DNA of 64,000 nt from Escherichia phage UB. A program made the translations under genes and the position numbers. A model generated the notes under the pieces. That model did not search any database and was not told where the DNA came from. It was given only the letters and a program-made list of their open reading frames with translations. Of the stretch, positions 1 to 10,197 are shown piece after piece. Numbering within the stretch: the stretch's first letter is position 1; each line of letters opens with the position of its first letter. The stretch lies in sequence record MH383160, one strand, 5' to 3'.

Positions 1-303
1 TAAATCATTGAACTCATGTGATGCAGTTTGAACTTTAATTTCTTTGAAGTTATTGGTTATACAACCGGAATAAATATTTCGGTGCAACTCTCTGTACAAC
101 GCAGCATAATCTATGAATTTTGCTTTAGGGTTAAAATCAAGAACACTTTCACCTTTATATGACAATCGGTGGAACGCCGAGAACATAGTCACTTCCCACG
201 GTTGCTTAATATCTAGCTCAGTAATATCAATATTATTGGACAGAAGAACCGTAAAAATCTCACCAATCTTTAATAGTAACTTAGTACGTGCTAGTACTGT
301 CAT
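1..303 (-). CDS. hypothetical protein (partial, C-terminus beyond window start)
   Basis: ATG at 303, open frame of 101 codons to window edge, continues minus-strand gene chain; absent from ORF track because no stop in window. Confidence 0.4.
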   Translation of the reverse strand, partial: MTVLARTKLLLKIGEIFTVLLSNNIDITELDIKQPWEVTMFSAFHRLSYKGESVLDFNPKAKFIDYAALYRELHRNIYSGCITNNFKEIKVQTASHEFNDL

Positions 304-314
304 AGGTTCAATCA

Positions 315-728
315 TTATACACCTTCATATTCATCAAGGAAATCTTCGATGATCATTTCAGCTTCATCCATATGCATCGCATCAACTTCAATAATACGAA
401 TTTTAGATGTATCCCAAATCATAAAGCTAGGAACATTGTCTGGCTCGTAATCATTTTTGTACTGAACAGCATCATAACCTTGAGCCGTGCAATTCTCAAT
501 AAGTGAACGCCACTCATCATCACTGCCTAAATCTTCACACAGAAGCACGTTATCAACATCAACTTCTAAGGTATGCAAGTATACTGTACATGCGTCAACA
601 ACGTTTAGTGGGCTTCTCAGCTTGCGTAAGGCAGCTTCCAAAGCACTGTGTTTACCTCCCATATGAAGTCCACCATACGGGATATAAAAGTTATCAATTT
701 TTACAGTACTCGCATGATACAGTTTCAT
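315..728 (-). CDS. hypothetical protein
   Basis: ORF track 137 aa; AGGAA 8 nt upstream of ATG; in minus-strand chain. Confidence 0.55.
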   Translation of the reverse strand: MKLYHASTVKIDNFYIPYGGLHMGGKHSALEAALRKLRSPLNVVDACTVYLHTLEVDVDNVLLCEDLGSDDEWRSLIENCTAQGYDAVQYKNDYEPDNVPSFMIWDTSKIRIIEVDAMHMDEAEMIIEDFLDEYEGV

Positions 729-737
729 ATTTCATTC

Positions 738-1322
738 CTATTTCAGTACTTTAGTCAATGCTTTCACAGCGGTTTCGAGTTGAGCATAGTCGTTAATTGT
801 AAGGTAATGAATACCATGTGCATTCATTTCAGCATCTATTTTACTATATAAATCAAACATGTCAAGGATATGATTGTATGCATATGAAGTATTTGAAACA
901 CACAATTCTTGGAACAAACGTTCTTCCAAGTCATTCACAACTTCACCATGAATGTCAAGTACTACACCATCTTTGTAAGTATAGTATTCTTCACTCCACT
1001 CTTCAGAAAGTCGGAACAGTAACGGATTCCCGCCGAACACTTCCATGTCATAGGAATTTATCTCACTAAGTAGTGTTTCACCTGGTTCTGGTGTGAAGTC
1101 GAAATATGCGAGTGTTGAACCATCATAGTCCTTGAGTGATATACCAGTATGATTTAAGCTTACTTCACCATAATTATTATTCTTGAACTTAATTTTGATA
1201 TTAATCTCAATGTATTTTATTGTCTCATCATCACTGAAATTGTAATCAATTTTATACTTTTCCCAAAGAAGTTTGATATCTTTGAAGTACTTTAATTTAC
1301 TTTCAATTTCTTTAAAGTCCAT
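738..1322 (-). CDS. FQ-motif family protein (hypothetical)
   Basis: ORF track 194 aa; motif ERLFQELCVS. Confidence 0.6.
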   Translation of the reverse strand: MDFKEIESKLKYFKDIKLLWEKYKIDYNFSDDETIKYIEINIKIKFKNNNYGEVSLNHTGISLKDYDGSTLAYFDFTPEPGETLLSEINSYDMEVFGGNPLLFRLSEEWSEEYYTYKDGVVLDIHGEVVNDLEERLFQELCVSNTSYAYNHILDMFDLYSKIDAEMNAHGIHYLTINDYAQLETAVKALTKVLK

Positions 1323-1914
1323 CTGGAACCACCATTTCTTGAATGTGCTTACATTTTATATTTCCCATATTAGTATGCAATATAAGGGTGTGATTACGCA
1401 ATGATTTTACTTTATAGCACTCATTGAGTACTGAAATAATTCCCCATAACTCTTCTACACTAATAGTGATAGGTTCACTTGTACTCAGTTGCATTAGTGC
1501 TGCTTCAACATCATCTTTGTTATTAATAGTGAACTGAATTCCTCTTTTGAGAATTTTAGTTTTTGGATTGTATTCAGCTAATACATCACCTTCTGGATAA
1601 CCCTCATGAAGTAATAATGTTGTTTCAAAATCACCGCAGTTGAAGTTAATTTCATCATAATCAGGTACACAAATGTTTCCTTCCCCGTACTCATTAGGTT
1701 CAGATTCTAGTGTTAAAATACGCTGAGTCTCATTGCTCAGGATGATAGAATCATTCCAGTACTGGGTAGTGAATGCTCTACGTTTCTTTTGAAAGCACAT
1801 ACTCGACATTGACCCATACTTCTTGTATATGGACTTCTTGAACTCAATAGCAGCAGGAGCCACCTTGATAACTTCACGAATTAAGTCAATAGCTTCTTGA
1901 TAACTTTTTCTCAT
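1312..1914 (-). CDS. hypothetical protein
   Basis: ORF track 200 aa; overlaps neighbours by a few nt in chain. Confidence 0.55.
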   Translation of the reverse strand: MRKSYQEAIDLIREVIKVAPAAIEFKKSIYKKYGSMSSMCFQKKRRAFTTQYWNDSIILSNETQRILTLESEPNEYGEGNICVPDYDEINFNCGDFETTLLLHEGYPEGDVLAEYNPKTKILKRGIQFTINNKDDVEAALMQLSTSEPITISVEELWGIISVLNECYKVKSLRNHTLILHTNMGNIKCKHIQEMVVPDGL

Positions 1915-2462
1915 TTATCGTATCCATATAAAATATGATCTAGTGTACTTTGGACTTCTTCATGAAAGAATGAAGGGTAAACTTGTATTAATTTATCTTT
2001 AAGTTCAAGGGAATGGCATAGTTCTAATGTTTTGTAACAATCCTCGTACTGTGCCAGTACATGCAATGTACTTAACTGAAAATGTTGTTCTTCGGAGTAC
2101 AATAAATCATAAACCATATTATCGGATAAAAGATTAGATTTGATTGAAGGATCAAGTACTGTCTGATGGTGACCAACCCAAAAGATAGCTTTGGAGTTAA
2201 TGTTATTACAACCCCATCCTTTCCCCATCTTTTGGTGAATAGCAAATACACAGGAATCATACAAATTAATGTTCAGACGTTCTTCGTCTGCATGGATAGT
2301 TACACCATCAATAGATAGTGTATATTTGAAATCCATAGCCCCCTCACTTCGTGCACGGGAACTAAAGACGAGATATCGATGAATTATGGTATTGATTTTA
2401 TCTGCCCATCCTTCAACACATTTGGATGCACATAATGTAAAAAGATCATGATTGTAGTTCAT
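1911..2462 (-). CDS. FQ-motif family protein (hypothetical)
   Basis: ORF track 183 aa; motif EEQHFQLSTLH; RBS AAGGAGA upstream. Confidence 0.65.
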   Translation of the reverse strand: MNYNHDLFTLCASKCVEGWADKINTIIHRYLVFSSRARSEGAMDFKYTLSIDGVTIHADEERLNINLYDSCVFAIHQKMGKGWGCNNINSKAIFWVGHHQTVLDPSIKSNLLSDNMVYDLLYSEEQHFQLSTLHVLAQYEDCYKTLELCHSLELKDKLIQVYPSFFHEEVQSTLDHILYGYDK

Positions 2463-2491
2463 AAAATTCTCCTTGAGAACAATGTATCATA

Positions 2492-2517
2492 CAAAAAAAC
2501 CAGAGTCAACCCCTGGT
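2492..2517 (-). terminator. intrinsic terminator
   Basis: minus-strand hairpin ACCAG-loop-CTGGT followed by U7 run, just after stop of 2524..3105. Confidence 0.45.
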
Positions 2518-2523
2518 ACAAAT

Positions 2524-3105
2524 TTAATCCATCATAAGTGGGATGATTGCCCATATCTTTTTCATAATCATATCTTCAGTAAAAACAAATGTTTTAGGAG
2601 CAGTATATGATATTGACACACCAAATGGAAGTTTGATTGCATCATCAATTATATTATGAATATCAAACCATGTTTTAACATAATCATATGGTGGAAGTTC
2701 ATGAATTGTACTTAACTGAAAGTAATGTTCTTCACCAAAATCATTATATTCAATTTCACAAATTTTAGTGAATTGTTGATTCCATTTAGATATAATACTA
2801 TTTTTATTATTGTACATAGTAGTTCTATGCATAAAACCATTTTTGCTAGTATGATTTGATATTATGTTTTCTTCAATGTCAGTATCTATTTTAAAATTCA
2901 TATCAAAGTTGTAGTACGGACTCGAAGATTCTTTGAATTTTAAATGTAAATTGCGATTGTTATTAATTTCAATTTCAATACAAAACACATCTGAATCAAA
3001 ACGATTAAACTTGTAATCGTTATCTTCCGGTAGATTCTGTATTTTTTTCATAATACTAAGCATAGGGTGTACTACACTTTTAATAAAATCATTTGTTATT
3101 TTCAT
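2524..3105 (-). CDS. FQ-motif family protein (hypothetical)
   Basis: ORF track 193 aa; motif EEHYFQLSTIH. Confidence 0.65.
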   Translation of the reverse strand: MKITNDFIKSVVHPMLSIMKKIQNLPEDNDYKFNRFDSDVFCIEIEINNNRNLHLKFKESSSPYYNFDMNFKIDTDIEENIISNHTSKNGFMHRTTMYNNKNSIISKWNQQFTKICEIEYNDFGEEHYFQLSTIHELPPYDYVKTWFDIHNIIDDAIKLPFGVSISYTAPKTFVFTEDMIMKKIWAIIPLMMD

Positions 3106-3598
3106 AGTATTCCTTTAGAACTTTATATGATTCAACAATACTATCTTGTGTATAATTTGAACTATATACAACAGCACTTGTTTTAGTTGACCATAGATAT
3201 GACATAAAGGTTATAACACTACTACATGGACTTAATGTATTGTTTTGAAATTCAATTTCTTCAATGTTATCAGTACTGGTATAGATGAATTGGAAAGTAT
3301 CTCGTTTCTGATTCGATACCGAAACTAAAGTGCAATCAGTATAAGGGTTGTATATAAATGTCTCATTACTAATTGAACTATCATTAGTATATGAAGGTTT
3401 GGGAATATAAATCAAACGCATGATATCACGTTCAAGACCTGACTTATTACTTTCCACCAAAGAAATCATATCTATAATTGTCATATGTTCAACACTGACA
3501 TGGAACTTTTTGTTTAGAATTACATCTTTTGGAGAATTTTTATATGAAGACAAAATCTCATACATCTCAACCAATTCGCGTGCATTTAATAAACTCAT
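3089..3598 (-). CDS. FQ-motif family protein, divergent (hypothetical)
   Basis: ORF track 169 aa; motif EEIEFQNNTLS. Confidence 0.55.
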   Translation of the reverse strand: MSLLNARELVEMYEILSSYKNSPKDVILNKKFHVSVEHMTIIDMISLVESNKSGLERDIMRLIYIPKPSYTNDSSISNETFIYNPYTDCTLVSVSNQKRDTFQFIYTSTDNIEEIEFQNNTLSPCSSVITFMSYLWSTKTSAVVYSSNYTQDSIVESYKVLKEYYENNK

Positions 3599-4023
3599 AT
3601 TTTGTCTCTTAATGAAAGAATATCCTTAGTATAAACTGAAACAGAAATATGATTATATTTCATCATTAATTTATACACATAAGAAGCTAGTACTAAATCG
3701 TAAATTAATTTAGTATTATATAGTACTTGGTATTGTAACGCAAGTGAATCAATATCATCTTTACTTTCAATATCCAGAAATGTACCAAAAATTGTAGTAC
3801 CGTAGAGATGAAAAGTGGAATTAATGCAATCAATGCATTCATTGTCCAACAGAGTAGATGATGATGCCCTCGGTGAATCCCAAATAGTCACTGCGTGTAT
3901 GCCCTCAACGAACAAATCTATCCATATTTTGTGTCGTTGTCTTTTTTTTGTTTTATAATTTTCTGGATTTGAAAGTGTAGTTTCAATTATATCCCATATG
4001 TACAAACAATCATCTCTTGTCAT
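3595..4023 (-). CDS. hypothetical protein
   Basis: ORF track 142 aa; 4-nt overlaps with neighbours. Confidence 0.55.
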   Translation of the reverse strand: MTRDDCLYIWDIIETTLSNPENYKTKKRQRHKIWIDLFVEGIHAVTIWDSPRASSSTLLDNECIDCINSTFHLYGTTIFGTFLDIESKDDIDSLALQYQVLYNTKLIYDLVLASYVYKLMMKYNHISVSVYTKDILSLRDKI

Positions 4024-4601
4024 TATAGCACCTTATCCATTGCTGCATTTAATGCTTTTAAACGATCTACATTCAAATTATTGAAGATGTATGTTCCTAA
4101 CATGTGGAAATCGAACTGGTACTTTTTGTATTCATGATAAATTAAACTACAAAAAATAACAGTACTAAGAACCTCTTCAGGTATAACAGTGCTCATCTGG
4201 AACAGTTCTTCTTCAACTGTACTTGATTCTGGATTGATAGATTTTAACACATACTCTTCATCACCGAATAGTACTTTAATATTATATAAAACACCAATAG
4301 TACTAATATGGAATGGGTGGTGTGAAAAACTTCCATCATCCTTAATTTGTATATCGGTTCTAATCTCACACTCTTGATTACTTTTATTTTTATTTTTTAC
4401 AATACAAATATTTCTAGCCCCAGAAATAGTAAGAATACCGTGATCGTAATATTCATTGGACCAACATTTAGATGAAATTGCTACATCACGGATGAGGTAT
4501 TGTTTTTCAATTTCTTTCGCACTACTAACAATTGATAACATTTTTGTACTGATATCATATAATAACTGATGGCGTTCTGTCATATAACTATAAGCGTTCA
4601 T
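4023..4601 (-). CDS. FQ-motif family protein (hypothetical)
   Basis: ORF track 192 aa; motif EEELFQMSTVI. Confidence 0.65.
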   Translation of the reverse strand: MNAYSYMTERHQLLYDISTKMLSIVSSAKEIEKQYLIRDVAISSKCWSNEYYDHGILTISGARNICIVKNKNKSNQECEIRTDIQIKDDGSFSHHPFHISTIGVLYNIKVLFGDEEYVLKSINPESSTVEEELFQMSTVIPEEVLSTVIFCSLIYHEYKKYQFDFHMLGTYIFNNLNVDRLKALNAAMDKVL

Positions 4602-5172
4602 ATTTTTCCTTAACCGATTCTATATTTTGAAGTAGTGTATTCAGAACATCAGTCTTGTAATTGATAAAATCATTGTACATAACTAGTTCACCACAATCAA
4701 GAACTTTTGCAGTATCGTAACAAAGCATTAAGTACTCGAATTCTTTGTAATTGTCCAACAATGATTTCTGGAAAATGAATGCATCTCGAATATCTTCACT
4801 TTGGTCTAATTCTGGTGGAACATCCAACCCAATAAAACCATCATCTTCACTGAAATCAGATTCTACAATTTTATTCATTTTTTCATGTAATGCATTCGCA
4901 AATACCATATTAGAAGAAATAGAACCAATACGTTCACGATTTCTGGATGTGCGAATGTACATAGTAATCGTATCCCATGAACTTTTAATTTTTTTAGAAA
5001 ATTCATAAGTTTTATATACATCCAACTGAACTGATCCAAAACGATGTTTGGATTTGTTTTCAATTTTCAGTCGATAATCATCAAATTCAACAATTTCTGT
5101 AATGTCATGAATCTCTGAAAGTTCTGCAATGTCATGCATGAGTCTCAAAATTTTAGTTCTGATATGGTTCAT
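4588..5172 (-). CDS. FQ-motif family protein (hypothetical)
   Basis: ORF track 194 aa; motif DAFIFQKSLLD. Confidence 0.6.
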   Translation of the reverse strand: MNHIRTKILRLMHDIAELSEIHDITEIVEFDDYRLKIENKSKHRFGSVQLDVYKTYEFSKKIKSSWDTITMYIRTSRNRERIGSISSNMVFANALHEKMNKIVESDFSEDDGFIGLDVPPELDQSEDIRDAFIFQKSLLDNYKEFEYLMLCYDTAKVLDCGELVMYNDFINYKTDVLNTLLQNIESVKEKYERL

Positions 5173-5735
5173 TGTGCATCCTCGAATTTAACAGGTACAT
5201 GTTCATTAATGAAATTCTTAAGAGCCTGTACTAAATCCTCTAATTCTTTTGTACTGTATTTTAAAATAGTTTTAAAGTGAATCAAATCTTTTCTTTCCAT
5301 GATCTTTGGAATTTTATATGCTAACTCTAAACAGCGTACAGTACTGGCATCATACAAAAGGTTTGCGTTGAACATTAGCACATTGTATTCATCAGATGAA
5401 ATTTTATAATTATATGTATCAATCACTTCATGTGTGTATAAATTCTTATACACAATTTTATTCTCACTGAAGTTTGAGCAAACACACAGATAATCGTTGT
5501 AAAATGAAGAACGATAATCTTGTTTACGTTGTACATCTGCTATGATTTGTAATACTGTATATTTTTCTTCAGAATCCAACTCAATGTTAGCATAACTGCT
5601 CGCAGTTTCAGATACAAGGATATTGATGTTATATTTCTCATTAACTTTAATGTACTGGCGTGAACCAGTATCAGGAATGAACTTAAAACAATGCTTCAGA
5701 AGTAAGGTAACTTCTTTAATTAATTCAGTACTCAT
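5169..5735 (-). CDS. FQ-motif family protein, divergent (hypothetical)
   Basis: ORF track 188 aa; RBS AGGAG 5 nt upstream; degenerate motif DEYNVLMFNANLLYD. Confidence 0.55.
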   Translation of the reverse strand: MSTELIKEVTLLLKHCFKFIPDTGSRQYIKVNEKYNINILVSETASSYANIELDSEEKYTVLQIIADVQRKQDYRSSFYNDYLCVCSNFSENKIVYKNLYTHEVIDTYNYKISSDEYNVLMFNANLLYDASTVRCLELAYKIPKIMERKDLIHFKTILKYSTKELEDLVQALKNFINEHVPVKFEDAQ

Positions 5736-5762
5736 ATCTTCTCCTGTCCTCTATTAAAAGCG

Positions 5763-5791
5763 ATTATAACACATCTAAATGCTACTGTAAA
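5763..5791 (-). promoter_or_regulatory. sigma70-like promoter
   Basis: minus strand TTTACA-N17-TATAAT with TG extension, between terminator and RBS of 5169..5735. Confidence 0.5.
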
Positions 5792-5799
5792 GACATAAA

Positions 5800-5822
5800 C
5801 ACAAAAAGACCCATAAGGGTCT
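5800..5822 (-). terminator. intrinsic terminator
   Basis: hairpin AGACCC-ATAA-GGGTCT directly after stop of 5823..6389, U-rich tail on minus strand (T-run also on plus strand). Confidence 0.5.
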
Positions 5823-6389
5823 TTATTTTGGTAAAACACTGTCAATGTACGCTAGAGCTTCATCTCCGAGGTACGTTCCATCTATTGTTATGTAATAGTT
5901 CATGGGAATATCACACCCAACCTTCTCATAAATTTTCATACATGATATCACATCTTCATCACAAATGGTACTCAATTGAAAAAGTACTTCATCAGTTAAA
6001 GGTACGATATCATGTTTAGATATAGGATTGGTATTTTCATTTAAAACAATATCAAACAAGTTGGGAGTATTCTTTGACGAAATGTAACGATGCTTACTAC
6101 GAATTACCATTCTCGATAGTGAAATACTGGAACTCCATCTTGGATCAACATCTTCATATGATAACGATATTAACATCTCGTGAAAATCTTGGAATTTCAT
6201 TGATGCATAATATGTTTTTTCCTCACCGTACATTCCAAATGATTTGAATTCAATGTCACCTATATTGTGTGTATCACTGGCACTATTCACGAAATTTAAC
6301 AGACTATTGATTAGTCTGATTAGAATATCATCTTTATCCATTCTTAAATAACTCCAAGTGCATGTCGTATAAATCTCTGAAGTCTTCAT
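5823..6389 (-). CDS. FQ-motif family protein (hypothetical)
   Basis: ORF track 188 aa; motif DEVLFQLSTIC; start may instead be internal ATG at 6341. Confidence 0.6.
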   Translation of the reverse strand: MKTSEIYTTCTWSYLRMDKDDILIRLINSLLNFVNSASDTHNIGDIEFKSFGMYGEEKTYYASMKFQDFHEMLISLSYEDVDPRWSSSISLSRMVIRSKHRYISSKNTPNLFDIVLNENTNPISKHDIVPLTDEVLFQLSTICDEDVISCMKIYEKVGCDIPMNYYITIDGTYLGDEALAYIDSVLPK

Positions 6390-6897
6390 AGAAATCTTTT
6401 TCTTCCAGAATATCCTTTAAACTAGGAAACTCTTCCATAATTTCTTCTATATCCGATTCTATGAAAAACCCTGATGGATTATCGTAGTTTTGTAACAGAT
6501 AACTGAAAGTAATAATGTAAAGAAGTTCATTAGGATCGTGAATTAAACTTAGCTGGAACATAGCTGATTCTAAATCGGATTCAGTACTAAGATCAACCCA
6601 ACGTGAATTTCTATAATCAATTCGTACTTGACTTGTATTTGGATTCCATGTGAAGCAATGTGTACCAATATGACCTATACAACCAACCCTTGTACTGTCT
6701 CCGGTATCAACACTGATATCAACAAATAGTTCAACACTGATATCGGATGATGTTACACGACCTTTTTTCAGAAATAAATCATTATCCTTACGAAATTGTT
6801 TGGATGAAAGAGTGTCAATGATGCACATCAATGTTTTTGCAAATGCAACACAATGACGAAATTCAAGCCTATGAAATTGGTAATCATTGATATTCAT
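6334..6897 (-). CDS. FQ-motif family protein (hypothetical)
   Basis: ORF track 187 aa; motif ESAMFQLSLIHD. Confidence 0.65.
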   Translation of the reverse strand: MNINDYQFHRLEFRHCVAFAKTLMCIIDTLSSKQFRKDNDLFLKKGRVTSSDISVELFVDISVDTGDSTRVGCIGHIGTHCFTWNPNTSQVRIDYRNSRWVDLSTESDLESAMFQLSLIHDPNELLYIITFSYLLQNYDNPSGFFIESDIEEIMEEFPSLKDILEEKDFYEDFRDLYDMHLELFKNG

Positions 6898-7436
6898 AAT
6901 TCAACCCCCAATATTTTATCAGCAATTGATATAACCTTATCATTGAATACATTACCAATCTCAATCCTTATATACATAGCAGGTGGAATCTTTCCTTGTA
7001 GTGAATAATATGTTTGTATACCTAAGTACTCATTATCTGATAATGAAAATTTGATTCTCTCCATATCAATGTCTGTTACTGGTAAATCAATCATTTCATA
7101 ATGGTAGTCAACGTTTTCAGTGTATATTTTATCGAAGTAATTTGAATAATCACTACTAATATAGATGCTATCATCACGAATAATCACTTTATAATCAGAA
7201 GGTTCAAATTTATCTTTAGAAGAAAAGAATGCATCATCTATCTTCTCTTCTCTTATACCGAATAACATTTTACCATCATATTTTACATCAAGAATACTAC
7301 CTAGTATATTAATGGTACAATGCTCATCAATATTATGACGTAAAGAACGAGTCTTGTATTTTGGGTTAATGAAAATTTTCATTAATTTTATACAAATGTC
7401 AGTAATGCATTTTACATTCTCATTTTCTATGTACAT
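6894..7436 (-). CDS. hypothetical protein
   Basis: ORF track 180 aa; 4-nt overlap coupling. Confidence 0.55.
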   Translation of the reverse strand: MYIENENVKCITDICIKLMKIFINPKYKTRSLRHNIDEHCTINILGSILDVKYDGKMLFGIREEKIDDAFFSSKDKFEPSDYKVIIRDDSIYISSDYSNYFDKIYTENVDYHYEMIDLPVTDIDMERIKFSLSDNEYLGIQTYYSLQGKIPPAMYIRIEIGNVFNDKVISIADKILGVEL

Positions 7437-7914
7437 TAAAAGCCCTCTTTAATTCTTTTACATTTTTAATGAATACTTTCATTGCAGAAATCTCAAAAGA
7501 TAATGTATTAAATTTGCAGTACTTTTTAAAGTACGACATTATGAATAACATTTTGAGTTCTTTTTCTGTGTAAATTAAACTATTTTGAAAGTAACTTTCT
7601 TCTGATAAATCATCAAGAAACGGATATAAAACTCCATTTGTTCTCAAGAACATGATACCTTCACTCCATGATCTAAATGAAAGGTAATCAGTCTTACCAC
7701 ATTCATATAAGGAGTTTATCATTCCATCAATCATTAAGGAGAACTCAATACTGTATCCTAATCTTTCACACTTGTATCTCTTATCTTCTTTCTTTGTAAT
7801 TACGAAGTGATGACCCAGTGAGTCTTTGTTATCGAAAATGAAATCAACTGTCTCTAAACACTCCTTAGCGAACTTCATAGTTTCTCTGTACTTTCGGTTC
7901 ATTAGTCTCTCCAA
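7420..7914 (-). CDS. FQ-motif family protein (hypothetical)
   Basis: ORF track 164 aa; motif EESYFQNSLIY. Confidence 0.65.
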   Translation of the reverse strand: MERLMNRKYRETMKFAKECLETVDFIFDNKDSLGHHFVITKKEDKRYKCERLGYSIEFSLMIDGMINSLYECGKTDYLSFRSWSEGIMFLRTNGVLYPFLDDLSEESYFQNSLIYTEKELKMLFIMSYFKKYCKFNTLSFEISAMKVFIKNVKELKRAFNVHRK

Positions 7915-8315
7915 ACTTTACCAGGGAAGTGTTTCTCGTAGTACTCATCATCACTTAACATATAATCAGGAGTTTCTACTTCTATGGTTTTGAAGATTGT
8001 TTCTGGAATGTGTGTGACTTTATTGGGTTGTACTTTATGTTCGCGTAAAACCTTCTGTATCGCTCCTAGACGTTGTAAATCGATACATGTAGGAAAGACT
8101 AAGCTGTACTGAAATAGCTCGTCGGGGGTCATTATAGACACATCCTTAGCTTGTTTGATTTTATTGTTGGCATCAATGAATATATCAAATCCTTGTACAG
8201 CATTATAGCTTACATAGGTTGTTTTATTTTTGTCAATAGGAGCACTTAAACGATATCCATATACCCCGTGTTGGTCAACAATGCATCGTTGCATAATTTT
8301 AATCATTTCGAACAT
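7902..8315 (-). CDS. FQ-motif family protein (hypothetical)
   Basis: ORF track 137 aa; motif PDELFQYSLVF. Confidence 0.65.
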   Translation of the reverse strand: MFEMIKIMQRCIVDQHGVYGYRLSAPIDKNKTTYVSYNAVQGFDIFIDANNKIKQAKDVSIMTPDELFQYSLVFPTCIDLQRLGAIQKVLREHKVQPNKVTHIPETIFKTIEVETPDYMLSDDEYYEKHFPGKVWRD

Positions 8316-8661
8316 AATTTACCTCGTATGTGTTATAATTCCACGCTTTAACACTATCCATTTGTATATCCTGAACTTCATGGAAATATTTAAGTACCTT
8401 CTGGTATTCCATTATTTCATATACATCTTCAGTATTGACAGTGCTCTCCTGAAACAATTCCTCTTCTGATAAAGTACTATAATCCGGGATTTTTATTTCA
8501 GAATATATCTCATTCATATATGAATCATTTTGGTAAATCTGTAGATAAAACTGATTATATTCAGGGATATAGGTTACGAAATGGTTCTTGTTGAATTCAT
8601 ATCTTGAAGCAAAGCATTCATTGCCATCCGTCATGTACTGAATTGTTTTCTTATTTTGCAT
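8299..8661 (-). CDS. FQ-motif family protein (hypothetical)
   Basis: ORF track 120 aa; motif EEELFQESTVN. Confidence 0.65.
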   Translation of the reverse strand: MQNKKTIQYMTDGNECFASRYEFNKNHFVTYIPEYNQFYLQIYQNDSYMNEIYSEIKIPDYSTLSEEELFQESTVNTEDVYEIMEYQKVLKYFHEVQDIQMDSVKAWNYNTYEVNYVRND

Positions 8662-9121
8662 TCAAATAATCCACGCATTTATAGTAGACTGCTAAATCTA
8701 AAAAGAATCGTTGATTGTATTTGTAATGATTAAGTAGTGCACCATAAAATAACATAGCATTAAGTACTTTTACATCATGAATACAAGAACCCTGAAAGTA
8801 CATTTCCTCTGACATGAAGACTAAATCATTATACGGAACAAATACTGCTTCTCTAAATGTATCAATATTAATCTTCAAATCAGACCCAGGGCAATATGAA
8901 ATGTATTCGGCTTTGTAATGAAAGTCATTATCATCAAAGTACTCCGCGTAGATTTGATTACCTCTACCATTAGTAAATGCTAGTCTTCCTTTAGATGAAC
9001 TGAACTCATCGTATTGAAACATACCACCAAAAGGCTTAGGACTTCTGAACTCCTTTGCAATGCGATAGATATTTTCTGTAAATTCTAAAACACCATAGTA
9101 ATCATATTCTGTAGTAATCAT
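8651..9121 (-). CDS. FQ-motif family protein (hypothetical)
   Basis: ORF track 156 aa; motif EEMYFQGSCIHD. Confidence 0.65.
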   Translation of the reverse strand: MITTEYDYYGVLEFTENIYRIAKEFRSPKPFGGMFQYDEFSSSKGRLAFTNGRGNQIYAEYFDDNDFHYKAEYISYCPGSDLKINIDTFREAVFVPYNDLVFMSEEMYFQGSCIHDVKVLNAMLFYGALLNHYKYNQRFFLDLAVYYKCVDYLNAK

Positions 9122-9594
9122 AAACCATTTTTCTCCAGGTACTCAATAATACAATCGACATTGTTCAGGTCCAAGTAGAAATGATCACTATCGGAATTTA
9201 GTTCATTTTTAAGGGCTGTTAAAATCACTGAACTGAAAACAATCCTCTCTGGATACACAGTACTGTACTGGAAGAACTCTTCTTCAGTGTTAATTACAAT
9301 CGTATTAAATGCTTCATTTATAAGAAGATGATTGTAGTATTTGAAATTATCTGAACTTGGAAAATGGTATGAAATAAAATCACCACTTGGTACTTCATCA
9401 AGTACTCTAATGCTACAAGTTGATTCATCTGAACTATAGAGTAACCCATCCATAAAGGAAAGGTATCCATTTCGTTTAATAACTTTATGTTCCCCCACGG
9501 AAAAATCTTCAGTAACATTCGCAAGGAATTTATAAACCCTGATAATGTCTTTTGCTATTTTTTGTGCATTGCTAAATGATAGGTCTTTGGACAT
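9118..9594 (-). CDS. FQ-motif family protein (hypothetical)
   Basis: ORF track 158 aa; motif EEEFFQYSTVY. Confidence 0.65.
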   Translation of the reverse strand: MSKDLSFSNAQKIAKDIIRVYKFLANVTEDFSVGEHKVIKRNGYLSFMDGLLYSSDESTCSIRVLDEVPSGDFISYHFPSSDNFKYYNHLLINEAFNTIVINTEEEFFQYSTVYPERIVFSSVILTALKNELNSDSDHFYLDLNNVDCIIEYLEKNGL

Positions 9595-9627
9595 TGTGAT
9601 ATAACCCTTTACAATTAATATAAAGAG

Positions 9628-9658
9628 ATTATATCACAAAGAATCGGAGGGTGTCAAG
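9628..9658 (-). promoter_or_regulatory. sigma70-like promoter (consensus hexamers)
   Basis: minus strand TTGACA-N18-TATAAT in 59-bp gap upstream of 9118..9594; -35 overlaps stop of upstream gene. Confidence 0.55.
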
Positions 9659-10190
9659 ATGGGTTGCGAAGTTCTACCATTTCTTTCCAAACTAATTGGT
9701 AATCTTCTAAGTCCAGATAGAAGTCTTCATTCCAGTGCTCATGAAAGTACTTATACATGAATAGAACTCCTAAATCGTATGCAGGAAACAATAATGATAG
9801 TTGAAAGTAGTATTCCTGATTTAAAACTATATCAATGAACTCTAATGTACGTATGCCACCTTTCGATGAACGTATCTCAATGTGTGAGGTATCCTTTATA
9901 CTGTAACACATGAAACCGCCTCTGAATTCTGGATCATATTCACATTCGAACTGCTCACTGTTGTTATAGAAATCTCTCCCACTTTCTTTATCTTTCGGTC
10001 TACGTACTGATACATGAATATTGTTATCACGGTACATTGAACGATTTAGTATTTTCAAACATTTGAACTTATTTTCTTTAATGAACTTGATAATATCAAT
10101 TATATCTTGTGCAGTACTGATAGCTGATTCGAATGTATCCAACTTAAGATGATTATATTGTGTTCCATTGTTCATTTTTTCATCTAACAT
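9654..10190 (-). CDS. FQ-motif family protein (hypothetical)
   Basis: ORF track ORF trimmed to internal ATG (10190) preceded by GAGGT RBS; motif QEYYFQLSLLF. Confidence 0.6.
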   Translation of the reverse strand: MLDEKMNNGTQYNHLKLDTFESAISTAQDIIDIIKFIKENKFKCLKILNRSMYRDNNIHVSVRRPKDKESGRDFYNNSEQFECEYDPEFRGGFMCYSIKDTSHIEIRSSKGGIRTLEFIDIVLNQEYYFQLSLLFPAYDLGVLFMYKYFHEHWNEDFYLDLEDYQLVWKEMVELRNPS

Positions 10191-10197
10191 ATAAACC